From NCBI GenBank assembly GCA_025786725.1, contig JAHLTZ010000004.1, positions 372,001 to 436,000 on the forward strand: a stretch of DNA of 64,000 bases. The letters are read 5' to 3'. This document shows positions 39,090-51,508 of this stretch, piece by piece. The DNA comes from Syncephalis fuscata S228. Taxonomy: Eukaryota; Fungi; Zoopagomycota. Under the pieces are notes generated by a model. The model worked only from the letters and a program-made list of their open reading frames with translations. It did no database searches and was not told the origin of the DNA. Position numbers and translations under genes: made by a program. Positions within the stretch are counted from its first letter, which is position 1, and the number at the start of each line of letters is the position of its first letter.

Positions 39090-39876
39090 GTTGGTTCTAC
39101 ATGAATTACTAAAGGGTGTTATTAGAGGTATTACTGTTGTACTAATAAAGATGTTATATAACAATGACTAAAGATAAGGTATACTAAGCATAAAGACAGT
39201 GCCAACCGTAACCATAGGCCAGCGGTTGTTGTTGTTGTTCCTATAAACAGTATGCAAGAACAATACGAAGAGCGAAAGAAAGAGCGAAAGAAGACAAGTA
39301 GCTGCGCTCGCGTTAAAAACAAGAAATATAAACACCAATAATAAAGGGTTTGCACGCTGTAGCCGTAAAGAGTGGAGATAGTCAAGGGCGCGGCGACTTC
39401 AAGCCTGAATTCGATATGACAGGTTGCAGCTTGTTTGCTTGATGCTGCAGAAAACAGGTAACTACAAATTCATATAAAATAGCGGTCAGATAGAATTGGA
39501 CAGTTGGCAAGCTAAATAGTCGTTCGGCTATCTCGGCTATTGCACAATAAATAGATATACTTGAGAAAAGCAATAAAAAATGATAACATAATAGGCTGGG
39601 ACGGAATAGAGCGGCTCTTCTAACCATCTAATGGAATATCAATAATCCGGGAATATGACATTTATTCATCTAAGAAGGATGTCACATGTTGAACACGCAC
39701 ACACTCACATGTACACTTACATTAAGTAAAATCAGGTGATGAGTGTTTATAGAACATAAATAAAAGTCATTGATCCTTCAATTGTGTGTGTGTGCGTGTA
39801 CACAGTCTCGACCGAGAACGTCATCTCTTTGTAATAATTACAAGTAACTAACGAGTGACTATTCTATTGTAAAAAT

Positions 39877-42800
39877 ATGGCCACACCCACGCCTACAAAT
39901 GAGCCGGGACTGACGAGTGTTCATGGATCTCGTTCTACGGGAACAACATCAGTACCGCAACCTGGACGGAATCATAGTGTTCCATTGGAAGAGAAGCTAT
40001 CGCGGACCGGTCCAGTCCCACCACAAGCAATGCCAGCACAATCAGCACCAAACACACCACCACGACAACATGTAGAGCTTTGTAAATTCTCATTATACGA
40101 AACAAAAGCCGTAAGATTCATAATTACAAAGTGAATTCATAGATTATTAATAATATGGATATATATATATACTGTAGCGTTATTATATTGTTGGATGCGA
40201 TGAGGCTGAATCGCGATTTCGCATATTAAAACTAGATCGTACCTCAGTATATTTAGGAAAAAGCGGTATGACCAATGGAGGTACGGCTGTATCGACTACT
40301 GCTCCAACGACAACAGCGGCACCGGTTACGGCGACCGGTATGCCTACAACAGCAAATACGACGATGCTTGCTACTACTACTACAGCGACAACAGCGGCTG
40401 GTAGTTCAGCACATACGGCATATTTGGCACCCGAACCAATACAGATGTCGACTAATATGTCTCATCCATCAAATGCATCCATTAATTCGGCGACAACGCT
40501 TGTTGACCAACAGCGACATAATAACGCAGCAAATGGTTATGGGCAGTATGGCAGTCGATCAACGATGGAAGAACCACCGGTCGTTGAAGTAGCTGCAGTT
40601 TATTCCCGCGAAGAGTGTGAAAATTTATTAGCTACAATTCAAGTAGGCAATAAAGCAACCGGTGGTATGCATAAAGTTATGGACTTTTATGGTGTTATTG
40701 GTAAATAGCTATCTATAATATAGAAAGTTCATTAATACATAGATATGTACAAATGTATACTAATAGGATTTGTCCGATTTACTGAAGGTTATTATATGGT
40801 ACTTATAACACGTAGAAGACCTGTGGCTACATTAGGTGGTCATTTTATTTATCATGTGGAAGATACAACCTTGCTAAGTATTCGTGGATCATCAAAATTA
40901 GAACGAAAAACCGAGGAGAGTCGGTAAGTAAAGTGAAATGTGCTATAACAACAGTAATAACAATCATAATATAATATCTTATAGATACGTAAATATTTTT
41001 CAAAGTGTCGATTTAAATCAAAACTTTTACTTTTCATATGCCTATGATTTGACAAATACATTACAACGAAATATGACACGTGATCCATCAGAGTCACCGA
41101 AACATAATCCAATGTTTATGTGGAATCATTATTTGGTAGCATCAGCCTTTCCAAATCTTGATTCTAACTGGGTACTGCCAGTAGTCCATGGATTTGTTGA
41201 TCAAAGATGTAAGTAAATATTTATTATGGATTAGAGTTTAATACGTAGCACAATTTACTAATCAATACAATGCTAGGTCTTGACATGCTTGGACATGATG
41301 TATATTTAACGCTAATTGCCAGAAGATCTCGTCACTTTGCTGGTACTCGATTTCTTAAACGAGGGGCCAATGATCGTGGCTATGTTGCAAATGATGTTGA
41401 AACGGAACAAATTGTTCATGATACGCGCTTTACTTCGATGCACCAACCAAATAGACAGCCCAATGGCAATCCAGGCTATACAGCCTATGTACAACATCGA
41501 GGCAGTATTCCATTAAACTGGTCTCAAGATACATCCAATATGGCACGAAAGCCACCCATTCATCGTAAGTCTATTCTTTTTCTTATTATTATTATTATTA
41601 TGATCTATTTATTAACAAAGTGGATATTAGTCAATGTTGTCGATCCATATTATAGTGCTGCAGCTCGTCATTTCGACAATATGTTTGCACGATATGGCAC
41701 ACCTGTTATTGTACTTAATCTTGTTAAGGTAAGCATAGATTTATAGTATTATAGATAGAATCACAGCTAATCTAAAGGTATAGAAACGAGAAAAGACTAG
41801 ACGAGAAGTTATTCTACTTGATGAGTTTACAGAAGCCGTTAATTATCTTAATCAATTCCTGCCAGATGGCAAGATTCAATATATTGCATGGGATATGTCA
41901 CGGGCCTTTAAAAGGTATATTCTACGCTATACTATTAGATAATAGTTGTTTATTTGTATGTAATAATTAGTGAAAAGGAAGATGTAATTAGTATGTTAGA
42001 GAAGATTGGTGAAGATGCATTACAAGAGACGGGATTCTTTCACAGTGGGCCTGAACCGCATATTAATAAAATACGGCGAGAAACAGATGGGTAATAATAA
42101 TATACAACTATATATATATAAATATATAAATATAAATATAAAAATATATAATACTAATATAATTTATTGCTAATATAGAACGGGAGAGCCACTTCATGGT
42201 ATGAATGCACCACATCAACGACAACATGGCGTAGTTCGTACCAATTGCATTGACTGTATTGATAGAACAAATGCAGCTCAATTTGTAATTGGTAAATGTG
42301 CATTTGGTCATCAAGTAAGTGAAGTGTAATATTGCCAAATCTAATAGTATTTTAATAAATCTGTATTATTGTGTCTATTTATTGCTAGTTATACGCACTA
42401 GGCATTATTGAACGACCTACAGTTGAATTCGACTCGGATGCTGTTGATGCTCTTACAGAGTTGTATCACGATCATGGCAATACTATTGCTCTTCAGTATG
42501 GTGGTTCCAATCTGGTCAATACAACACAAACATATCGTAAAATGAATCCATGGTCGAACCAGTCCCGTGATATGCTTGAAGCAATTAAACGATACTATAG
42601 TAATTCGTTTGTAGGCAAGTTACAGCAAAACTAACAGCTATATACATTTCTAATTCCATATAATTTATAGATGCGGAAAAACAAGGAGCAATTAATCTAT
42701 TTCTTGGTAATTATATACCACATCATGGTGGGCCGCCTCTATGGGAGTTACAATCAGATCATCATTTACACAATCTGGATCCAAGAGTTAGACGACCGCG

Positions 42801-44046
42801 TTACAGGTAAATATTACAACTATGTACAGTGCATATGATATCAATGATTAAAATTTATAATATACTATTCTAGCTATATACATTGGTATACAGATCAGCT
42901 TTTAGATAATCAAAAAGATTCAGAATGTGAATTAATCCCACCACCACCATCTGGCACATCATTTGTGGATATTAATGAAGAGGAATTGGCAGAGATGCTT
43001 TAAGAAGTTACTGGCTCGAATTCTATCCAGCGTATGAATTGGCATCACTATCTAAACAATTTACACATAATATGAAAAGTACAAATGAGTAGGTAATTAT
43101 TGATGTATTGATGTAATGTGTTAATTCTAGTTGCAGTAAAGAACCCGATGATTATTCGAGTCCATTTAAGGCAAGAACCAATGACGGGGCCATTTCCACG
43201 ACAGTTGGGTACGTTTATGATGATTTATGAATATTAACTCATACACAATAATAGATTGAATATTGGCGGATTTAAACGTTGGTTAACACTAAGTAATAAA
43301 AACTCAAAGCCAACATTACCAGCTGAAGAAGCTGAGAAAACATCGCCTCATGGGCCGATTGAATTGATCGATCAATCAAACGCTGAACCAAAACTGCCTC
43401 CACCATCAACCATGGACGGTATTGTAGCTCGTCTACTTCAACCACAAGTATCAGATCGTGAAGAGCACGAGTATGGCCGGTAAGTATTAATTAAGTGGTA
43501 TGGCAATAGCATCTAATTGTCGCCATTTAGATATGTGGATCAATTCCGTATGGCATTCCAGTCATTAAAGCCTGTACCAAGTGGTGGACTTATTCAAGAT
43601 CCAACCGTGCTTAAACATCCTGAATATCGCACCTATGCCAATTATGTGGGTCGGGCTCATTTACGCCCCAATGAATTGCGTACAAGTCATGCTGATGAAC
43701 AAATCTACACCACCTATGTTAAATTACCGGGTGAATTGATGGAATATGGTTTAATACGGAGTGAGAAGAGAGTGAAAGTGCTCGACAACGACGAGAAGCC
43801 TATCAACGCTGGTTAAAGACTGGAAAGTTCCGTGGTAAATATCCATTGTCAAAGCGACAACATCAACATCATCATCATCATCACCAACCAGAACATCAAC
43901 ATCAACAAGAGCAACAACAACAACAACAACAACAACAAGATCAACAAGATTATCATCAACAACCATTAGTATCACCGCAACAACTATCACAACCATCGCT
44001 ATTAACACAAGCATTATCATCTGCGTCTTCATCAATGTCCGCTTAA
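39877..44046 (+). CDS. FIG4: PI(3,5)P2 5-phosphatase Fig4/Sac3 (two apparent 1-nt frameshifts near 42992 and 43765)
   Basis: [76 protein letters not shown]; poly-Q tail. Confidence 0.93.
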
Positions 44047-44098
44047 TTAAAATAATTAAAATGATATGTTTATAATCAAGCTAGTAACTTTATTATAA

Positions 44099-44897
44099 CT
44101 AAGATGCCGCTGCCTTGGCATCTTTTTGTAATTGTTGTTGTTGTTGCGCAGTCAATTTTGTTTGCATAATACTGACAACCGCTATAATAACATTGATAAA
44201 GAGGCATCAACTATCTAGATCTATTGATAAAAGTAAAACTACTTACCACGTAAATTATTCTGTTTAGTGGTAATCGTTTCTTCCAATTTATCCAAATTAC
44301 TGCGTAAAAAGTCTGTTTTACTCTTGTAAAACTTGGTGGCATCTTCACTTGACTAATTTATAACATTATTGTAAATGATTAATAAACTACCAGTAATTAA
44401 TAACTTACCTTTTCAACATAATAGCCGGTGCCCACATCAACAATGACCTTGTCAATGTTTGTCAATTCAGCTGGTACATACATGTATTAACAATTGAATT
44501 AAATTATAAACTACTATATACAATATGGCAATATTTGTTTTTAAATAAAGGATATCGATGCCGTTAATGGAACTAATATTGTACGACCTATTCATTATGA
44601 CTATAAGTATGCTATATATCTATATAGATATATAGTTGTAAAGATCTATTTACCTTCATTCTCTGGCACAATAGACTTGATGGCATCTGCACAGTCTAGG
44701 AATGTAGACTGCACTCTTTTCAATGAAACAAACGAGCCGTTAAAGTGCGATAGTTCCTATATCCAGTTGAGTCAGTAAATATCAGAATAAATAGAGCTAT
44801 TTACATCTTCAAGCTGTTGTTTTACAGATTGTAGCTGTTGCAAATCAAGATCTTGTAGCTGAACAGCTGATCCACCTGACGAAGAAGAGGATGCCAT
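44099..44897 (-). CDS. GIM5: Prefoldin subunit 5 (alpha type), includes an AT-AC intron
   Basis: LDLQQLQSVKQQLEDEL, ILVPLTAS|MYVPAEL..VIVDVGTGYYVEK. Confidence 0.93.
44484..44555 (-). other. U12-type (minor spliceosome) AT-AC intron, 72 nt
   Basis: Minus-strand donor ATATCCTTT, acceptor ..TTAATAC; removal restores VPLTAS-MYVP. Confidence 0.9.
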
Positions 44898-45049
44898 GAC
44901 GTCAGTGTTAATGAAATGTTTAATACGACGACAATAACCAAATAACAATAACAACAAAAGAAAAGTGTAAAGGAAAGTGTTGACGCGATAGTGGCGACGT
45001 TTTCATTTTACCATTTCTTTCTAATTGCTGTACACCACCAATCGATAAT

Positions 45050-46929
45050 ATGGATGTTGCATCGCCTAATCCTGCAGCGGTCGTGCCTGATCCCGAGACA
45101 ATTATTCGTCGATCACTTGAACGAACGCATAAACTGTTTGGTGATGTTGGAGTGCCGCCTCTAGACTCCAATGATAGGTAAATATGGCCGTGATTCCATA
45201 ATTGATTATTGTTGACTGGTTTGTACTAGTCAACGTGTAAAGCTAACAAGCAAGATTATCGATGAATATGCTGATGTACAAGAATTGCCAGAGGTTATAG
45301 CGAAGAAGCAGGGTGTCAGCAAAACGGCTACATCGGCTGCTAAACGCGCTAAAGTTACGGCAGTGTCCGAACATGCTACTTCAGAGATCACTATGCTTGG
45401 TAAGTAATAGCTATATAGCCTATTAAATATAATATAACATATCTATTTATTAATTATCATCATCATAACATATAAATTAGATGACATTAATACGGCTGAC
45501 GATACCATGCAGCAGGCAATCGATGGCTTAGCAGTGACCAAGAAAAGGTAAGTAATTGCATAGATGTTAAGTAATCAATATATTTATATAATAATTAGTA
45601 CAAGAAATACCAATAATAATGCTTTGGTACTTCGTGCCAATGATACAGTATTACCAACATTTGGTAGCGAAGGCAGTGGTGATTCAATGGTGGTACGCCA
45701 GCCTATCTTTAAAGCAGTACGGCCAACATGGCATGCACCGTGGAAGTTGATGCGTGTAAGTAGTTTAAATGGTTCTGTTTTAGCCTTAATTAATATTATA
45801 TTATTTCATAGGTCATTTCTGGACATTTAGGATGGGTGCGCTGTTTGGCAGTTGAACCTGGCAATAAATGGTTTGCAAGTGGTGCAGGTGATCGAACGAT
45901 TAAAGTAAGTATTTATACTAATAGACCATTAATAATCAAATTACAATTGGTATTAATATGGCATAAATGTAGATTTGGGATCTAGCATCAGGTACACTCA
46001 AACTTTCACTTACTGGACATATTTCATCAGTTCGTGGTCTTGCTGTATCTGAACGACATCCTTATTTGTTCAGTGGCGGTGAAGATAAAATGGTGAAATG
46101 TTGGGATTTGGAATATAACAAGGTGATTCGTCATTATCATGGTCATCTTAGTGGTGTCTATTCATTGGCTGTACATCCAACACTTGATATTCTTGTATCG
46201 GCTGGTCGTGACGCTGTAGCTCGTGTAAGTTATGGCTGTTGATAATAATAATAATAATAATAACTAGAATTGATATATTAATTATAACTACAACTATATA
46301 TATTATATATATATATATATATATAGGTATGGGATATGCGTACGAAACAAGCCATTCATGTATTGACTGGTCATACAAATACGGTGGCTTCAGTACGTAC
46401 TCAAGCAGCTGATCCACAGATTATTACCGGTTCAATGGATAGCACAATTCGTCTATGGGATTTGGCAGCAGGCAAGACAATGTCCACGCTGACCCATCAT
46501 AAGAAGTCTGTGCGAGCACTTGAGTTGCATCCACGTGAATTCACCTTTGCTAGTGGCAGTGCCGATAACATTAAACAGTGGAAGTTCCCTGAAGGTCGTT
46601 TTCTACAAAACTTTGAAGGCCATAACGCTATTGTGAATACACTATCGGTCAACGAGGATGGTGTTATGTTTTCAGGGGCCGATAATGGCACAATGCGATT
46701 CTGGGACTGGAATACTGGCCATTGCTTCCAATCTGGTGACGCTGTTGTCCAGCCAGGTTCATTGGAAAGTGAAGCCGGTGTATTTACATCTATCTTTGAT
46801 CGATCAGGTCTCCGTCTTATTACAGGTGAAGCCGACAAAACAATCAAGGTTTGGAAGGAAGATGAAACGGCCACCGAAGAGACACACCCACTAGACTGGA
46901 CACCATCACTAGCTCGAAAGCGATACTAA
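45050..46929 (+). CDS. PRP46: Pre-mRNA splicing factor Prp46/PLRG1 (WD40)
   Basis: [71 protein letters not shown]. Confidence 0.97.
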
Positions 46930-47169
46930 ATACACTTCTTGCCACTTCGTATATTTCTTGTCTTAGTAAAAACAATTTATTTCGTTGTCGATACTAGTGA
47001 ATACACTATGAATAGAAGCACTTTTAAATCATAGCCATTTAATAATAGACCAACAAAGCAGCAGTCGTATTTTCTTTGTTAGCTACTAAGGAAGTGTCAT
47101 GCGGCTAAACAATAATACGACGCGACAATAAACGTTATAGCCATTGTTGTAGCATCATGTGAGCCATGA

Positions 47170-47370
47170 CCAATCAGTATAAATTGCATCCTAAAATACC
47201 TGACCAATCAATATAAATAACAAAGTGTTGGATACACGTTATGATTGGCTAACTACGTGTTCTTTTAACCAATCCATAAGTGATTTAACACTTTAATGTG
47301 TAGAAGTCATTAATATTAAGCTATAAGCAATTGAAATAGAAGCTAAAAGATAAACTCGCACTTTCCCAAT
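47170..47370. promoter_or_regulatory. Cluster of five CCAAT boxes upstream of the 14-3-3 gene
   Basis: CCAATC at 47170, 47204, 47269 and 47366, and reverse GATTGG at about 47243. Confidence 0.4.
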
Positions 47371-48014
47371 CAAGCTAACCAAGCACGATGATCACATTAG
47401 TGATTAATGGAGTGAGCACATGGCAATAAAAGATTACAAGTATTTTGTAGCTCAACTGGATGAAGTTGGAGACGGTAAACACACGGTCTATCACGAATAG
47501 AATGCACACATCCACACATACAAGTCGTACACGCGTCTGTACATGTGAGGCCACACGCGTCATACCAAACTAAGCATGATTTTATTGCTAATAATTAGCG
47601 CACTCTACAAGGTTAGCTAGATAAGAGGGAATATATGAATGGTAAGTGAGTTAGTGAGTGAGTGAGTGAATAAGTGAGTGAATGAATGAATGAATATAGA
47701 CTCCTTGTCTGATAAACATGTTTATTTGATAAAAGGTAAAGCGTGTTTATTTGATAGAATACTGTAAATTATTGGTCAAGTATCAAATGACCATGATGTG
47801 ATGTGTCCAATTATTCTATCATCATCTATGGGTGGGTGTGTGGGTGGATGAGTGAATGAATGGACATGCCCCGATTTACTTCAAAAGGCTGACTTTTACC
47901 CTCCACACACACACCTTTCTTCTTCTTCTCGTTACCATCAACACTTCGCTTGTTTCTTTTTACTGACTCTTCATCTGCTGTTACATTTGCTCTTCTCATC
48001 TAGAGACTAGTAAA

Positions 48015-48992
48015 GTAAGTATACAAGGTGTGGTGGTGGCGGTGTTGAAAGAGCCACGGTCATTGATGTTTATGATAAATGGGTTTACGTGGCGTGATGA
48101 CGATGGCAGGTCCAGTGTGTATCGTTATGGTGGGCGCCTTTTGCTTTGTTAGATTATGACACTTTAGTATATCATCTATTTGTTTATTAATAGCAATAGT
48201 AAGTAGTATACATAATCTATTACGCTGTTTGAATACGATGACTAGTCATTATTATAAGATGATAGTCATTATAGTCAATGGTAGCTATAGACAACTTATA
48301 CTGCTTATTATTCGTGATGACGTCTACAATCCTAATAAACAAAGCGTTTATATACAAAGATGACTTGTTATAAGCGATGACGCGTCATGCTAAGCCAATC
48401 ACTATTCTATAGTGAATAACAAAGTGATGCATGAGGGTCTGTGTATGCGCGTTAAATGAACTGCGTTGAACAAGCCGCGTGTCAATTAAGCAGGTGGCAA
48501 TAGTAGTATTGCTCAATTAAGACAAAGTATTTGTCACGTGGTAAAGCTACAGCAGGTTGTTGCCCTGGCAGCATGGTTTCCTTTGTTTGAGGCGTTACAC
48601 TGTGAGCAATAGCTACTATAGCTTTCATGTGACAAACGCTTTGTCTTTTTGATACTGGTCTCTAAGAGAAAGAGGAATAATAGCTATAGTAGTCATTGTA
48701 GTAATAATGATATAATTGTAATAACAGTATACTGTTGGTTTTAAGTAAATGTTACTTTTAATCACGTTACTGCTAATACTATTATAACATTATTGTTATG
48801 ATGATTTGTATGCAGATGAAATACATTAGCCTATAGTCTAATGGTCTGCAGGGCATCCTTGACTATGATACCACGTGATGCAACACCATGCATTGTACAT
48901 TGATGTGGATGGAAATGCTGGCCTGTCATTGGTCTAGTGTACTTTAATGATACCATAGGTGTATACCAACTGACTAACGTTTATTATTATAG
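48015..48992 (+). other. Long 5'-UTR intron of the 14-3-3 gene
   Basis: GTAAGT at 48015 after a pyrimidine-rich leader; TGACTAAC branch site and TAG at 48990-48992, 47 nt before the ATG. Confidence 0.6.
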
Positions 48993-49039
48993 CCACTTTA
49001 CATTTTTCAATAACCTTTTAACCTTTTATTTCTACCACC

Positions 49040-50161
49040 ATGTCCTCTGTAAGTTATCAAGGTTCATTATGGCAAGCAAGACTCATTCAATGATGTTATG
49101 CAAGCTACATGGATCATATCAAGTTATATGTCGCTGAAACTAACTTTTATTACCATAATTACTATTAATAGGACCGTGAATCCCATGTCTATATGGCCAA
49201 GTTGGCCGAGCAGGCTGAGCGCTATGACGGTAAGTTATAAACAAACACTACTTTATGTAAAACAATGAAACTAATAATCTTTTGTTTCATAGAGATGGTC
49301 GATAACATGAAAGAAGTCGCCAAGCTCAGAGAAGACCTCAACGTTGAAGAGCGTAACTTGCTATCCGTTGCCTACAAGAACGTCATTGGTGCCCGTCGTG
49401 CCAGCTGGCGCATCATTTCCTCCATCGAACAGAAGGAGGAGGCCAAGGGCAATGCCAGCCATGTCGAAAGAATCAAGGAATACCGTGCCAAGGTTGAGAA
49501 GGAACTGTCCGAAGTCTGCCACGACATTCTCAACGTATTGGACGAATACCTTATCATTAAAAAGGATGATGCTGAATCATCAAGCCAAGACGAATCCCAA
49601 GTGTTCTTCTACAAGATGTACGTATACCAACCACAGTAATATTCATAGAAACATTTTGTGCTAACCGCCCATGACTTTGTTTATCGCCTATAGGAAGGGT
49701 GACTATCACCGTTATTTGGCCGAATTCACATCGGGAGATGACCGCAAGAGTGCATCTGAAGCTGCTGAGCAGGCCTACAAGGAAGCCACGTCCATTGCCC
49801 AGACCAACCTGGCACCAACCCACCCAATCCGTCTTGGTCTCGCATTGAACAACTCGGTGTTCTATTATGAGATTCTTAACTCACCACAAAAGGCTTGCGA
49901 GTTTGCCAAGCAAGCATTTGACGATGCTATTGCCGAATTGGACACGCTATCCGAGGAATCGTACAAGGACAGCACACTGATTATGCAGCTATTGCGTGAC
50001 AATCTAACTCTCTGGACATCGGACATGCAAGACAGTACGTATAACTAGGATGAAGGTGCATTGTATAATGTATTTACTAATCGTTTTTCTACTTTTTTAC
50101 CATAGATGACACACCTGCTGATGCTAAGGACACAGAGGAAGCCGACAAGGATGATGCTTAA
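49040..50161 (+). CDS. BMH1: 14-3-3 protein
   Basis: [65 protein letters not shown]. Confidence 0.98.
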
Positions 50162-50459
50162 ATGAAGCAGCACACTATGTGCGTTTAACGTTTGCTTTAT
50201 TCACTTATTTCGATGTGTTGAGGTGTACTTCATGATCCACCAAAGCAACAATGTCTTTTACGTACATATGATTTGTGTTTAATACATGTTTAAATGTGTG
50301 TGTGTGTGTGTCTATTTGATTAATTATTATTAGTAGTAACATTAATGTATAAGTTATTTTATTAATTGAGTACAGAATTCAAAGGCAGAAGCTAAATATA
50401 ATAGGAGTACAATAAATAACACTTATGAAAAATAACAGTGCTGCATCATTAATAATGGC

Positions 50460-51245
50460 AATCCAATGACTACATTTAATAATATTTGCTCTATTAAACA
50501 TAGAGTTAGGTGGTAAGAAATACCAATAGTTAACTATTTAACTATATTGTGATTTTGATGCCAAATGACTAACTTTAACAACAATCAATCTATTGAACAT
50601 GATGATGGATGGTAAACAATATAGTTTAAATACTCAATATTATAGATTCGTTATCCAGTATGCATATATACTCTATTCGCATATAGCATTCTACGATATA
50701 CTAAACACATTCTATTGTTTATATGTTCCAATACACCTTATTCAGTTCATTCATTGCACTATATGCACTATAACTTTAATATCGTTTTATATACTTTCTT
50801 ACCCTATATTTAGCATTTCTATATATTCTATACTCACATGGCCTTGCTTTATTCAAACTGTTTTTGTTTTTGTTTTAGCTTTATTATTAATAAATATCAA
50901 TTTATTTACCCTATTTATTTAGCAAACTATATTTAATTGGAATCTATAACAATATGATGTATTCAGTATAGCATAAAATGATATGCAATGGTAAAAATAT
51001 ATAATTAAAAGTATATATGCATACTGGATAATGAATCTACAATGATGAGTATTTTAAACTTTGATGTCATTCATCACCCACCATCATGTTTAATAGATTG
51101 ATTGTTATTAAATTCAATTATTTGACCATTAAACAAACAATAAATATGATGATGTAATAATTAAATAAAACTCACCACCTAGCTCCATCTTTAATAATAA
51201 TAAATTTAGTTTAATTACGCGAATAATATTAAAGTAGTCAGTTAA
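50460..51245. mobile_element. MITE/foldback-like non-coding element with long imperfect terminal inverted repeats
   Basis: 50578-50672 is the reverse complement of about 51010-51107; weaker pairing extends outward (50495-50520 with 51170-51196; 50466-50485 with 51226-51241); related copies elsewhere in the window. Confidence 0.65.
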
Positions 51246-51508
51246 TACCAAACTGTACTGAATAATTAATGAATTGTTAATAAAAGACAAAGGCATATAT
51301 AATTACTATAATTTGATGTGACTAAGAAAAAGGAAATGATTGGACATCTATCTACGAATGCGGCTTCTAAACTGTTAGACGGGACTCTCTTTCTTTCACT
51401 TGCATTTACCTTGCAGTATTTGTCGTCTATTTCAAGCATTCTTGCCAATAAGCATCTCCCCCTATTATCGAGTCTTTATTTGGAATACAGATCGCAACAG
51501 TCTTAGCT

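Noticed and set aside
11142-44046. SAC1 and FIG4 (both Sac-domain phosphatases) as a functional cluster
   Set aside because: Ancient paralogs 26 kb apart, separated by unrelated genes; no evidence beyond coincidence
48090-48880. Box C/D snoRNA inside the 14-3-3 leader intron
   Set aside because: C-box-like RTGATGA motifs are present, but I found no suitably placed CTGA D box with a terminal stem
50593-50922. 109-aa hydrophobic ORF
   Set aside because: Lies within the AT-rich foldback element; TTG start and composition-driven I/F/Y/L bias
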